Assembly (NCBI GenBank): GCA_012842045.1
Contig: DUTP01000005.1
Coordinates: 11,332-75,331, forward strand
Origin: Candidatus Dojkabacteria bacterium
Lineage (GTDB): Bacteria > Patescibacteriota > Dojkabacteria > SC72
Direction: 5' to 3'
Length of the DNA: 64,000 nt
The notes under the pieces are model-generated. The model searched no databases, was not told the DNA's origin, and saw only the letters and a list, made by a program, of their open reading frames with translations. The translations under genes and the position numbers were made by a program. The number at the start of each line of letters is the position of its first letter. Position 1 is the stretch's first letter. This document shows positions 28,580-37,742 of this stretch, piece after piece.

Positions 28580-29596
28580 TTAGTATACTATGAAATAGAG
28601 GATAATTGTAGCTATTAGTAATGAAGCCACAGGAACAACTACTTTTTGATATGGGAAATACACCTTACCTTTGTTCTTTTCCTTTAGGAAAGTATGAAGT
28701 TTACTACCAAGAAAAAACATAATACTACCTAATATTACCCCCAGTAAAACCTTATCTATTCCAAATAAAGTATTATTTGGAATCCCTATCAATCCAGTCA
28801 TTTTCATAGGGATTAAAGCAAAAGCATACATCAATAATATAGAAGCAAGACACCAAACCCAACCACTAACTTTCTTAGCAAATTTCTTCTTCTGAATCCA
28901 ATCTGCTAGCCACAAGCTACTTGAAATCAAAAGACCTCCAATCCAAACACCTACAATAGTATCATCAATACCCAAAGACCTAGACAAGCCTACACCAGCA
29001 CCAACAGCTACTGTACAGAGAGGACAGAGTGCATTTACAGGTGTTGCAAAAAACAAAGGAAGAAGCGACAAAGAAGCTATAACCCCAACCTTCTTTCCTC
29101 TTCTACTTTTTACAAAATATCCAAAGATTGGAAGGACTATCAAAAACCCAAGAACTATTAAAATCAACTTCTCTGTATTAGCCTGACCTTTAGACTTTTC
29201 TTTCTTTTCAGTAGGGACTGAATCTTCTTCTACTTCCCCTTCTTCATTACTAAGATTCCTCACTTTTGCCATAATTGATTCCACACCTTCATAACACTTG
29301 CCATCTGAAAACAACATTGGAATGCCTGCTCTTTGCAAATCAATACCACACTCTTTAGCTTTTTCTATAAAGGTTTCTTGATTCTCAACTTTCTTTTGTA
29401 TCTCAACTTCCTTTATCTTTACTTTCTCTCTTAACCCTTCTTCATCTAACTTATCTCTAACTGTATGACAATATGGACAATTTTCTCCCCAGAAAAGTAT
29501 CACCTCTCCCTCTGCATATACCTTATCTACAACTAGAAACATTGAGATGAGGAAAAAGAATAATGTTAAAAGTTTTTTCATAATACAAAACAACAA
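28580..29596 (-). CDS. Exported glutaredoxin/thioredoxin (CPYC) fused to a multi-TM domain that starts with CPLC
   Basis: Signal peptide, FWGENCPYC, GIP motif, TM, second signal-like segment, LCPLCTVAVGAG, then several TM helices. Confidence 0.8.
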   Translation of the reverse strand: MLFCIMKKLLTLFFFLISMFLVVDKVYAEGEVILFWGENCPYCHTVRDKLDEEGLREKVKIKEVEIQKKVENQETFIEKAKECGIDLQRAGIPMLFSDGKCYEGVESIMAKVRNLSNEEGEVEEDSVPTEKKEKSKGQANTEKLILIVLGFLIVLPIFGYFVKSRRGKKVGVIASLSLLPLFFATPVNALCPLCTVAVGAGVGLSRSLGIDDTIVGVWIGGLLISSSLWLADWIQKKKFAKKVSGWVWCLASILLMYAFALIPMKMTGLIGIPNNTLFGIDKVLLGVILGSIMFFLGSKLHTFLKEKNKGKVYFPYQKVVVPVASLLIATIILYFIVY

Positions 29597-29685
29597 TTTA
29601 GAATCTGCGGATATTTTACCACATATTGAATTGTAAAATGATTAGAAAGTGGTAAACTGAAGTATATAATTTAAGAATAACAAAA

Positions 29686-30501
29686 ATGGAAGAAAAATTA
29701 CAAACACAGCCACTACAAGATGAAGAAGTAGCCCAACTTATTATGCAAGAGAAGAAAAGAGTATCGGTACTTCTCTTTATTAGTACAATCCTTTTTCTAC
29801 TAATTGTAGGCCTCGGAGTATATATCCTACACAAAGAGGGTTATTGGACAAAACAAGAAGAACAGAAAAAAGAGGAGAGAAAAGAAGTAACAGAGGTAGA
29901 AGAGGAAGATAAAGTAGAGAAAGGTGAAAAGCCTGTCGTAGAAGAAGATAAAGAAACCATTACAAAAGACTTTGTTGGAGAATATGTGAAAGCCAAAATT
30001 CCCGAAGGTTGGAGTATAAAGGAGTTTAAAGATGGAGAAGGAACTGAATTTGCAGAACCTGGATATAAAGGATTTAGTGCTCTTAACATATATCAAGGAG
30101 AGAAAATGATGTTGACACTCCGAACAGTTCAACTAGGAACTGGTGCACCAATCAAAGAAATTTACAGATTTAAAGACTATTCTCCAGATGAAGAACAAAA
30201 AACAATTAAAAGATTAAAAGCTATGGGAGTTGAAGTAAAAATTGTAGATTATACAAATACTCCATATGCCGAATACCCTATATTAGGTACAATTACTCGA
30301 AGAGTAGAAAAACAGTTCTTCTATGACACAATAAAAGATAACTCAACATTTGAAGCATCAAATGTTTCAAATAGTATAAATCTAAATTTTAAGGTTGGTG
30401 AGAATGAGTACTCTTTTGGCTACTACAAGTTCTCTGAAGAGATTACTGACAACCAACTTCTTATCATAGATAAGATCCTAACAAGTCTAAGAGTGAAGTA
30501 A
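29686..30501 (+). CDS. Hypothetical membrane-anchored protein
   Basis: TM, E/K-rich linker, globular domain (IPEGW). Confidence 0.75.
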   Translation: MEEKLQTQPLQDEEVAQLIMQEKKRVSVLLFISTILFLLIVGLGVYILHKEGYWTKQEEQKKEERKEVTEVEEEDKVEKGEKPVVEEDKETITKDFVGEYVKAKIPEGWSIKEFKDGEGTEFAEPGYKGFSALNIYQGEKMMLTLRTVQLGTGAPIKEIYRFKDYSPDEEQKTIKRLKAMGVEVKIVDYTNTPYAEYPILGTITRRVEKQFFYDTIKDNSTFEASNVSNSINLNFKVGENEYSFGYYKFSEEITDNQLLIIDKILTSLRVK

Positions 30502-30595
30502 AAGCTTTTTCTAATAATAAATCTGCAACTTATCTACACACCTCGATATGGGTGTGTAGTCATATAAAAGAAAGTACTATACCACTACAACCTCA

Positions 30596-30624
30596 TTGAC
30601 ACCAATCAAATACGCTTGTATATT
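30596..30624 (+). promoter_or_regulatory. Sigma70 promoter of the type IV pilus operon
   Basis: TTGACA-17 nt-TATATT, 34 nt upstream of the pilin ATG. Confidence 0.65.
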
Positions 30625-30658
30625 GGATATGTATATAATTTAATTAATATTTATTTCT

Positions 30659-31129
30659 ATGAAAGGAAAGAAATATGAGGGTTTCTCTCTTATCGAGATC
30701 CTAGTAGTAGTAGCATTAATCATTATTCTTGCTGCTATTACAATTATTGCAATCAACCCTGCAAAGAACTTTAGGGACACTCGAAATGCACAGAGAGGTT
30801 CTGATGTAAATGCTATTCTTAATGCAGTTACACAGTATATCTCTGAGGAGGGAAGAACACTTGCAAGCATTGGGACTATCTTAGACTGTGAAGATGCACA
30901 GGGTGATCCACAGGCTACAAAGATTGGTACAAGCACAGACGCTGGGTACATTGACCTTACCCCAACACTTGTAACACAAGCAGACCTAATCGTTGCAATT
31001 CCTATAGACCCATTGGATGCATATGATGAGGAAGATACTGGTTACACTATCTGTGCAACACAAGGAGGAAGAGTACAAGTAGCTGCTCCTCACACAGAAG
31101 GAAAGGATCCTATTGTTGTAAAGAGATAG
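30659..31129 (+). CDS. pilA: Type IV major pilin
   Basis: Class III signal KKYEG/FSLIEILVVVALI; two Cys; PIDP. Confidence 0.85.
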   Translation: MKGKKYEGFSLIEILVVVALIIILAAITIIAINPAKNFRDTRNAQRGSDVNAILNAVTQYISEEGRTLASIGTILDCEDAQGDPQATKIGTSTDAGYIDLTPTLVTQADLIVAIPIDPLDAYDEEDTGYTICATQGGRVQVAAPHTEGKDPIVVKR

Positions 31130-31190
31130 GTTAGTTAAGTAAACAAATATATAAAGTGAGTATCAGATAGCTCTTAGCTGTCCAAGAGTT

Positions 31191-32606
31191 ATGGTAGAAC
31201 TATTACAATTACTAGATGATGTTCTTAAGAAGAAGATTAACATATCTGACTTTCTTGACGCATTAGTCGTAGATGCTCTCAAAAGCGGAGCATCTGATAT
31301 TCACATAGAATCTAAGGAGGATGATATTCTTTTAGTTAGATACAGGGTTGATGGAGTATTGAGAGATATAATCTCAATTGGTCCAGAACTAAAAGATACT
31401 CTCCTCTTTATCATCAAAGTAAGAGCTAAGTTAAGAACAGATGTCCATCTTGCACCACAGGATGGGAAGATCCCTTTTGTTGTTAAAAAAGCTGACATTG
31501 ATGGTGATAAAGAGAAGATTAAGAAAGAGGAAGAGAATGATAAAGACCAAGAGAAAGATGATGTAGAAGAACCCATTGAGGAAAAAGAGAAAAAGAAGAA
31601 AGAAAAAGAGGAGGAGGAACAAGAGAAGAAAGTACTAAACAGGTTGGAAGCATTCAAAGCAGAAGAAAAAGATACCTACAATGTTGATGCTAGAGTATCA
31701 ATACTTCCTGTATCATACGGTGAGAAAGTTGTTATTAGGCTATTAACACAAGCTAACCGATCTCACTCTTTAGCTGATCTAGGTTTTGAAGAACATGACC
31801 TAGCTGAACTAGAGAAAGCATACACACAACCATATGGACTAATATTAATTACAGGACCTACAGGTAGTGGTAAAACCACCACACTCTACTCTATTCTAAA
31901 GATATTAAATACTCGGGAGGTCAATATAACAACAATTGAAGACCCTGTTGAGTACAGTATCGAAGGTGTAAATCATATTCAAATTAACGTAAAAAGTGAT
32001 TTAACCTTTGCTACTGGACTTAGATCTATTTTAAGACAAGATCCAAATGTCATTATGGTCGGCGAGATTAGAGATACAGAAACAGCTAGAATTACTGTTA
32101 ACTCAGCACTAACAGGTCACTTAGTATTATCTACTCTCCACGCAAACGACTCTGTAAGTGCTGTACCAAGATTGATAGATATGGGTATTGAACCCTTTTT
32201 AATCGCATCTACATTAAATATTGTCGTAGCACAAAGACTCGCAAGAAAACTTTGTCCCGATTGTAAGAAACCGTGCTCTCTAGAAAAAGATAAAGAGATA
32301 AAAGAAATGTTAAAGATAAGACCAGATGTAGCTAAATATATAAAACCAACAGATAAATTCTACAAAGCTGTTGGTTGTGATAAATGTAACAACGTGGGTT
32401 TAAAAGGCAGAATTGGAATATATGAAGTACTAGTAATTAACAAAACAATGAGAGATACAATAATAAAGAATCCTACAATGGATGATATATTCCAAACAGC
32501 AAAGAAATCTGGTTTTAAACTAATGGTAGAAGATGCTGTAGACAAACTTAAAAAAGGATATATTGATATACCTGAATTACTTAAGGTTATTGCAATTAAA
32601 GATTAA
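31191..32606 (+). CDS. pilB: Type IV pilus assembly ATPase (PilB/GspE)
   Basis: ASDIHIE, RYRVDG, GPTGSGKTTT, TIEDPVEY, LRQDPNVIMVGEIRD, TGHLVLSTLHAND, CxxC...CxxC. Confidence 0.95.
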   Translation: MVELLQLLDDVLKKKINISDFLDALVVDALKSGASDIHIESKEDDILLVRYRVDGVLRDIISIGPELKDTLLFIIKVRAKLRTDVHLAPQDGKIPFVVKKADIDGDKEKIKKEEENDKDQEKDDVEEPIEEKEKKKKEKEEEEQEKKVLNRLEAFKAEEKDTYNVDARVSILPVSYGEKVVIRLLTQANRSHSLADLGFEEHDLAELEKAYTQPYGLILITGPTGSGKTTTLYSILKILNTREVNITTIEDPVEYSIEGVNHIQINVKSDLTFATGLRSILRQDPNVIMVGEIRDTETARITVNSALTGHLVLSTLHANDSVSAVPRLIDMGIEPFLIASTLNIVVAQRLARKLCPDCKKPCSLEKDKEIKEMLKIRPDVAKYIKPTDKFYKAVGCDKCNNVGLKGRIGIYEVLVINKTMRDTIIKNPTMDDIFQTAKKSGFKLMVEDAVDKLKKGYIDIPELLKVIAIKD

Positions 32607-33757
32607 TGGCAGAAGAAGAAAAAATAAAAGAGGAGAAAATTCAAGAAGAGAAACCTAAAAAAGAAAAACCAAAGAAGGAAGAACCTAGAGAGAAGCTTTT
32701 GAAAAAATTACAGGGAGTAAAGGTCTCTGTGCCAAACCTTTTAGTTTCTATAAAATCTTTAGCTTCATTACTTAAAGCTGGTATACCTCTCTCTGAAACA
32801 ATGGAAACCATTGCAGGCCAATCAAGCGATCAAAATCTTAATGCAGTATATGAGTATATCGCTGGAGAAGTCAGAAAAGGAGTCACATTAGCAGAAGCAA
32901 TGAAACTTTTCCCCAAGGTCTTTCCAGAAACAATTTCATCTGTAGTAGAAGCTGGTGAACAAGGTGGTTCTCTAGAACAAAACCTTATCTTCATCTCAGA
33001 TACAATTAAAAAAGAATGGGAAATTAACAAGAAGTTAAAAGGTGCAATTATCTACCCTATTATTATCGTTTGTATGGTTTTCATGGTTTTCCTTGCCATG
33101 ATATTTATCGTATTCCCAAAGTTAGAGACAATGTTTGCAGCTTTTGAAAATATTCCTGCGTTTACACAAGCAATTTTAAGTATTTCCAGATATATTCGAG
33201 CAAATTGGTATTTTATCTTTGGTGGTGTTGGTGTTCTGGTAGTACTTTTTATAGTTTTCTTAAAAACAAAACCCGGGAAAAAATTTAAAGGTTGGCTTGG
33301 GATTAACTTCCCTATTCTTAAAAATCTCTTCATCAACAACATTCTATCCTCTTTCTCAAGAACTCTGAGTGTGTTGCTAGCAAGTGGTATACCTATCGCT
33401 AAGTCTATGAAAATTGCAGCAAACACAACAAGTAACTATATCTATGCAGAGGTGTTAGAAGATGTATACAAGAGTATAGAAGCTGGTGATTCGCTATCTC
33501 TTTCATTAGGAAAGCATCCGAAATATTTTAATAAATCTTTTATTAAAATGGTTGAAATAGGAGAAGCCAGTGGATCATTAGAAGACAATCTTATGTACCT
33601 ACATGAATATTATGCAGAAGAGGTCGGAGAGATGAGTGCAAATATCGTTACAGTTGTAGAACCTGTTCTACTCATCTTGGTAGGTCTTATCATCGGAAGC
33701 TTAGTAGTAACTATCCTCATGCCTATTTACCAATTAATGGGTTCTATCAATGCTTAA
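32606..33757 (+). CDS. pilC: Type IV pilus platform protein (PilC/GspF)
   Basis: Two T2SSF repeats (LLKAGIPL...AGEQGGSL; SGIPI...IGEASGSL), YP and EP before TM segments. Confidence 0.93.
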   Translation: MAEEEKIKEEKIQEEKPKKEKPKKEEPREKLLKKLQGVKVSVPNLLVSIKSLASLLKAGIPLSETMETIAGQSSDQNLNAVYEYIAGEVRKGVTLAEAMKLFPKVFPETISSVVEAGEQGGSLEQNLIFISDTIKKEWEINKKLKGAIIYPIIIVCMVFMVFLAMIFIVFPKLETMFAAFENIPAFTQAILSISRYIRANWYFIFGGVGVLVVLFIVFLKTKPGKKFKGWLGINFPILKNLFINNILSSFSRTLSVLLASGIPIAKSMKIAANTTSNYIYAEVLEDVYKSIEAGDSLSLSLGKHPKYFNKSFIKMVEIGEASGSLEDNLMYLHEYYAEEVGEMSANIVTVVEPVLLILVGLIIGSLVVTILMPIYQLMGSINA

Positions 33758-34211
33758 AAAACATAACAAAGAAAAAAAACTAAAAGGATTCTCTCTTTTA
33801 GAAATAATTGTAACTGTAGGTATTCTACTTTTGTTTTCTGGAATAATATTTCCTTTTACAATTACTAAGATCAAGAGAACACAACTACAAAGTTATGCTT
33901 CAGAGATAGCTGCGGATATATATTTTCAACAACAAGAAGCTAGAAACAGAAACCAGCCCACTGGTGTTTTTCTTGAAAGTGGACAGTACACTCTTTTTAC
34001 AGGAGAGACTTATGCAACAGCTACAGAAAAAGACAAGAAAGAGCTCAAAAAAGGAACTTACTTATCATCCATTATGTTAAATGATGGAACTTCTATTCGT
34101 TTTGAGGGGAGTTCTTTTAAACCTCTGACATACGGGTCTTTTCTTTTAAGTAATGGGAGAAGTAGCGTCAAGATAGAGATAAATCAAGAAGGGTTAGTAG
34201 AGTATGAATAG
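33750..34211 (+). CDS. Minor pilin
   Basis: KG/FSLLEIIV prepilin motif. Confidence 0.85.
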   Translation: MLKKHNKEKKLKGFSLLEIIVTVGILLLFSGIIFPFTITKIKRTQLQSYASEIAADIYFQQQEARNRNQPTGVFLESGQYTLFTGETYATATEKDKKELKKGTYLSSIMLNDGTSIRFEGSSFKPLTYGSFLLSNGRSSVKIEINQEGLVEYE

Positions 34212-36147
34212 TATTAGAAAGAAATACAAAGCATTTAGTCTAGCTGAATTAATTATAGCAGTAGCTATCTTCGGTTTAATTTCTGCTTTCTTGACACTAC
34301 TTGTGGTTGATTCAACAAGAGCATATGAAAACACATATGCTAGATCTAAAGCTACAAGTCTTGTAAAAGAGATATACTCTACTCTGAAATTGTTAAAAAC
34401 TGATAACTGGTTTGAAGTAACCAAGCATACAGGATTAGGACCTAAGCATTTAATATTCGAAGAAGGAGAGTACAAGATAGCTGATGGAGAAAAGGTTGAA
34501 GGCTTACTAACCTACTTCTTCACCGTTGATTTAGCACAGAGGGATACAGATGGAAAGATTGTAGAAGAAGGTGGTAATACTGACGCACATACAAGAGTAA
34601 TCTCTGTTAATATTAAATGGAAGGACAGGGTTGGTAAAGAACACGTTATAAATCCAAAACTCTATCTTAATGACTGGCATGTTAATACTTTCACCTTCAC
34701 TTCTATGGAAGATTTTCAGCCAGGTGGACATACTGACACAACGGCATCCGAGAGTTTTACTGGTGGTGAATTAAGATTACAATCAGTCTTCTATCCTAAC
34801 TGGTGCAGACCTGAGAGATCTATGAGTAGTTATGATATCCCAGGAGAAGCATATGCGAAATCAATATTCGCTGAAATTGGATATGCATATCTAGGAACGA
34901 GAGGTGGAGATGTTGGTGATCCTTTCACTAAATTAAGAATTGAAGGTGTTAACCCTACAACACTAACAGTAGAGGGAACATTCCAAGGATATCGTATTAA
35001 TGACATCTTCGTAGAAGGAGACTATGCATATCTCGCAACATCAGATGATGAGAAAGAGATTGTCATCTTAGATATCTCCTCAGTCCCTTACCAAGAGGTA
35101 GGACATGTAAATGCACCAGACCAATGGAATAATGATGCTAGGAGTGTGTTTGTAAAAGGTAATGTCGGATATCTAACACAGAGTACGTATGTAAGAAGTT
35201 TTGATTTATCCTCTAAAACAGGTTCTAGGCCTATTCTTAATAGCATATCTATCAGTCTTATCCCCTGGATAGCATCAGTCTCACAGATACATGTTAAAGA
35301 TAATTATCTTTATGCATCACTAGACTGGGACTGGTACGAATTAGCAATTCTTGATGTTAGTAATCCCAGTAAAATGAAGATACTCTCTAGAACAAGTGTA
35401 AACAATCAACAAGTATATGATATGTATGTTTCAGATGATGGAAACAGAGTGTATTTTGGAACAAACTACTCCTCAAGTGAACACGAATTTTTCATAATTG
35501 ACACAAGTGTAAAGAATATTAAATGTCCTATTATTGCATCTAGAAAAGTAGATATGACTGTTAGAGGTATATCTGTTGTTGAAGATGGAAATGTTGTTGT
35601 ATTAGTAGGGACATCAGGTCAAGAATATCAAGTATTTTCTATCACCGACGAAACAAATCCTGTAAAGTGTGGAGGTATGAGCATACCTTCTGGTGTCTAC
35701 GATATCCAATCTGTCCTAGATCCACAAGGGAATGCTTTCTCGTACATCTTAACCGGTGATAAACATCAAGAATTTACAATAATCAGGGGAGGTCCCGGAG
35801 GTGGAGATGAAGATACAGGTAATGGTTTTGTACCAACGGGAAGTTACATTTCTGCAATTCAGGATTCTAAAACTTCAAACTCCACTTATTATACATTAAG
35901 CATTCAAACAAACATCCCAGAAGGAACTCAAATGGGCATTCAGATAAGGATTGGTGATAGTCCAACTATGCAAGGTATACCATGGAAAGGTCCAGATGGA
36001 ACAAACGGAACATACTACTCCACAAGTGGCACTTACTCTTTACCACCAGGAACTAAAGGAAGATATTTCCAATACAAAGTAGACTTTACAGGTGATACTG
36101 TTAACTCACCAATGCTTGAAGAATTAATTATTAGCTATGAGAAATAA
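34204..36147 (+). CDS. Large minor pilin with LVIVD-like beta-propeller repeats (candidate tip adhesin)
   Basis: KA/FSLAELII; repeats GDYAYLA...IVILDIS, DNYLYA...LAILDVSNP. Confidence 0.8.
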   Translation: MNSIRKKYKAFSLAELIIAVAIFGLISAFLTLLVVDSTRAYENTYARSKATSLVKEIYSTLKLLKTDNWFEVTKHTGLGPKHLIFEEGEYKIADGEKVEGLLTYFFTVDLAQRDTDGKIVEEGGNTDAHTRVISVNIKWKDRVGKEHVINPKLYLNDWHVNTFTFTSMEDFQPGGHTDTTASESFTGGELRLQSVFYPNWCRPERSMSSYDIPGEAYAKSIFAEIGYAYLGTRGGDVGDPFTKLRIEGVNPTTLTVEGTFQGYRINDIFVEGDYAYLATSDDEKEIVILDISSVPYQEVGHVNAPDQWNNDARSVFVKGNVGYLTQSTYVRSFDLSSKTGSRPILNSISISLIPWIASVSQIHVKDNYLYASLDWDWYELAILDVSNPSKMKILSRTSVNNQQVYDMYVSDDGNRVYFGTNYSSSEHEFFIIDTSVKNIKCPIIASRKVDMTVRGISVVEDGNVVVLVGTSGQEYQVFSITDETNPVKCGGMSIPSGVYDIQSVLDPQGNAFSYILTGDKHQEFTIIRGGPGGGDEDTGNGFVPTGSYISAIQDSKTSNSTYYTLSIQTNIPEGTQMGIQIRIGDSPTMQGIPWKGPDGTNGTYYSTSGTYSLPPGTKGRYFQYKVDFTGDTVNSPMLEELIISYEK

Positions 36148-36622
36148 AAAGAAGATCAAATTAAAAGGACTTACATTACTGGAGACACTACTCTATGTAG
36201 CTCTTTTCTCTATGATTCTCTTTGTAATTATAAACTTCATGCTTGGTACACAAGAAGCAACTAGAAGAAATATGCAAAGAAGCTCTGTTCACCAATCAGC
36301 ACAGTTTGTCAAACAACACTTCGATTACTCTTTTCAGAAGGTAATACAAGTAAGTGAAGGAAGTAGTATTTTTAATAATGATAATGGGAAATTAACATTA
36401 ATTTTCTCAGACACAAGTAAATCATATACAATCTCAAACAATAGGATATATTTTAATGATATTGCTATCACACCAAAAAACATATCTGCAACAAAATTAC
36501 ATTTTGAACCCATATATAGTAAGAAGGGTGTAGTCATGGCAATTAAAGTGTCGACAAAACTAGTAACTAAAAAAGACCCAAAGATATTTGAAGAGATAAC
36601 TTACCTTGCTGTTATTAGATAG
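36137..36622 (+). CDS. Minor pilin
   Basis: KG/LTLLETLLY. Confidence 0.82.
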   Translation: MRNKKKIKLKGLTLLETLLYVALFSMILFVIINFMLGTQEATRRNMQRSSVHQSAQFVKQHFDYSFQKVIQVSEGSSIFNNDNGKLTLIFSDTSKSYTISNNRIYFNDIAITPKNISATKLHFEPIYSKKGVVMAIKVSTKLVTKKDPKIFEEITYLAVIR

Positions 36623-36625
36623 AAA

Positions 36626-37030
36626 ATGAAGAAAAGAGATAATAAACAACTCAAGAAAAATGGATATATTGCTCTAACAACAGTTTTAGTAATCATACCC
36701 CTACTCCTTGCAACAGGGATAGACTTAGCATACAGAAGTATAACGAATGCTCTTGTCAGCAAATTGGAGTTTGATCACAACATGTTAGAGGTAAATGCTG
36801 AATCTTGTTTAGAAGAAAGTGTTAGAAAGATAAAGTTTAATATTTTGTTTGAAGGAACATTGATAGTAGAACAACCAACATGGACTTGTAACTCTGTCAT
36901 ATCAAATAAACCAGGAGTAAGTGGTGTAAAGATAATAAATATACAGGCAAGTGATGGAAACCAGAATGTAGTATTACTTAATAAAGAATTAAATACAAAT
37001 ACAGATCCATTTGAAATCTCAAATATTTAA
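36626..37030 (+). CDS. PilX/GspK-like minor pilin
   Basis: NG/YIALTTVLVI (no Glu5) and AESCLEE motif. Confidence 0.75.
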   Translation: MKKRDNKQLKKNGYIALTTVLVIIPLLLATGIDLAYRSITNALVSKLEFDHNMLEVNAESCLEESVRKIKFNILFEGTLIVEQPTWTCNSVISNKPGVSGVKIINIQASDGNQNVVLLNKELNTNTDPFEISNI

Positions 37031-37622
37031 AAAAAAATTAAAGAAGGTTGATATTATTTTCATAGTTTGTTTTCTCCTTAGTGCTATATCTATACCTGTT
37101 GCCCTTTTTTTGAAGTCTAGCGATCTAAAGGGAATTCTTTTTTCAACCCTTCTACTAACTCCGTTATTTGGAGCTCTGTGGTATCTTGCATATTATGATT
37201 ACAAGAAGATGGAAGTTCAGCCTACTCTTTCTCTTGCTTTGATAATAGTTTTAGGAATTGTTAATATTTTAGCTTTCTTCTTTTGGAAGGATAATGAGTT
37301 TGGATATAATAATTTGTTGGGAGGTATTACTCTTGGTGTTATTTTTCAATTAATTGTTCTACTTACAAAAGAGAGGGGTCTAGGACAGGGAGATGTTAGA
37401 ATTGCAATTATATCTGGTTTATTAGTTGGTTTTGATGGTTTAACTCCTTGGTTATATATTACAATATTTTCTTCTTTGTTATATGGAATTATTATTGCTA
37501 TTAAGAGAAGAAAGTTTAGAGGTTTGAAAATACCGTTTGTACCTTTTATGGTGTTTGGGGTTGTTATTTTAATAATTTCTCATCTACACCTGACTCAAAT
37601 CCACTGTTTTGCCCAAATATAA
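37011..37622 (+). CDS. pilD: Prepilin peptidase (A24), lacking the Cys-rich methylase domain
   Basis: AYYDYK and LGQGDV catalytic Asp motifs, IPFVPF, multiple TM. Confidence 0.85.
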   Translation: MKSQIFKKKLKKVDIIFIVCFLLSAISIPVALFLKSSDLKGILFSTLLLTPLFGALWYLAYYDYKKMEVQPTLSLALIIVLGIVNILAFFFWKDNEFGYNNLLGGITLGVIFQLIVLLTKERGLGQGDVRIAIISGLLVGFDGLTPWLYITIFSSLLYGIIIAIKRRKFRGLKIPFVPFMVFGVVILIISHLHLTQIHCFAQI

Positions 37623-37667
37623 CCATGGTTGTCTGTCAGGCAACTCTACATAACTCTTTAAACAATT

Positions 37668-37704
37668 AGAGACAGATTCCACTTATTCTGTGAAATCTGT
37701 CTCT
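37668..37704. terminator. Hairpin between convergent genes, probable terminator
   Basis: AGAGACAGATT...AATCTGTCTCT 11-bp perfect inverted repeat. Confidence 0.6.
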
Positions 37705-37742
37705 GTAAGTAATCTCATATTGTACTTATAGGACCTAGATTA

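Noticed and set aside
37026-37037. A9 tract at the pilX-like/pilD junction as a frameshift or phase-variation site
   Set aside because: A-runs are common in this AT-rich DNA, and the TTG start at 37011 gives an intact peptidase.
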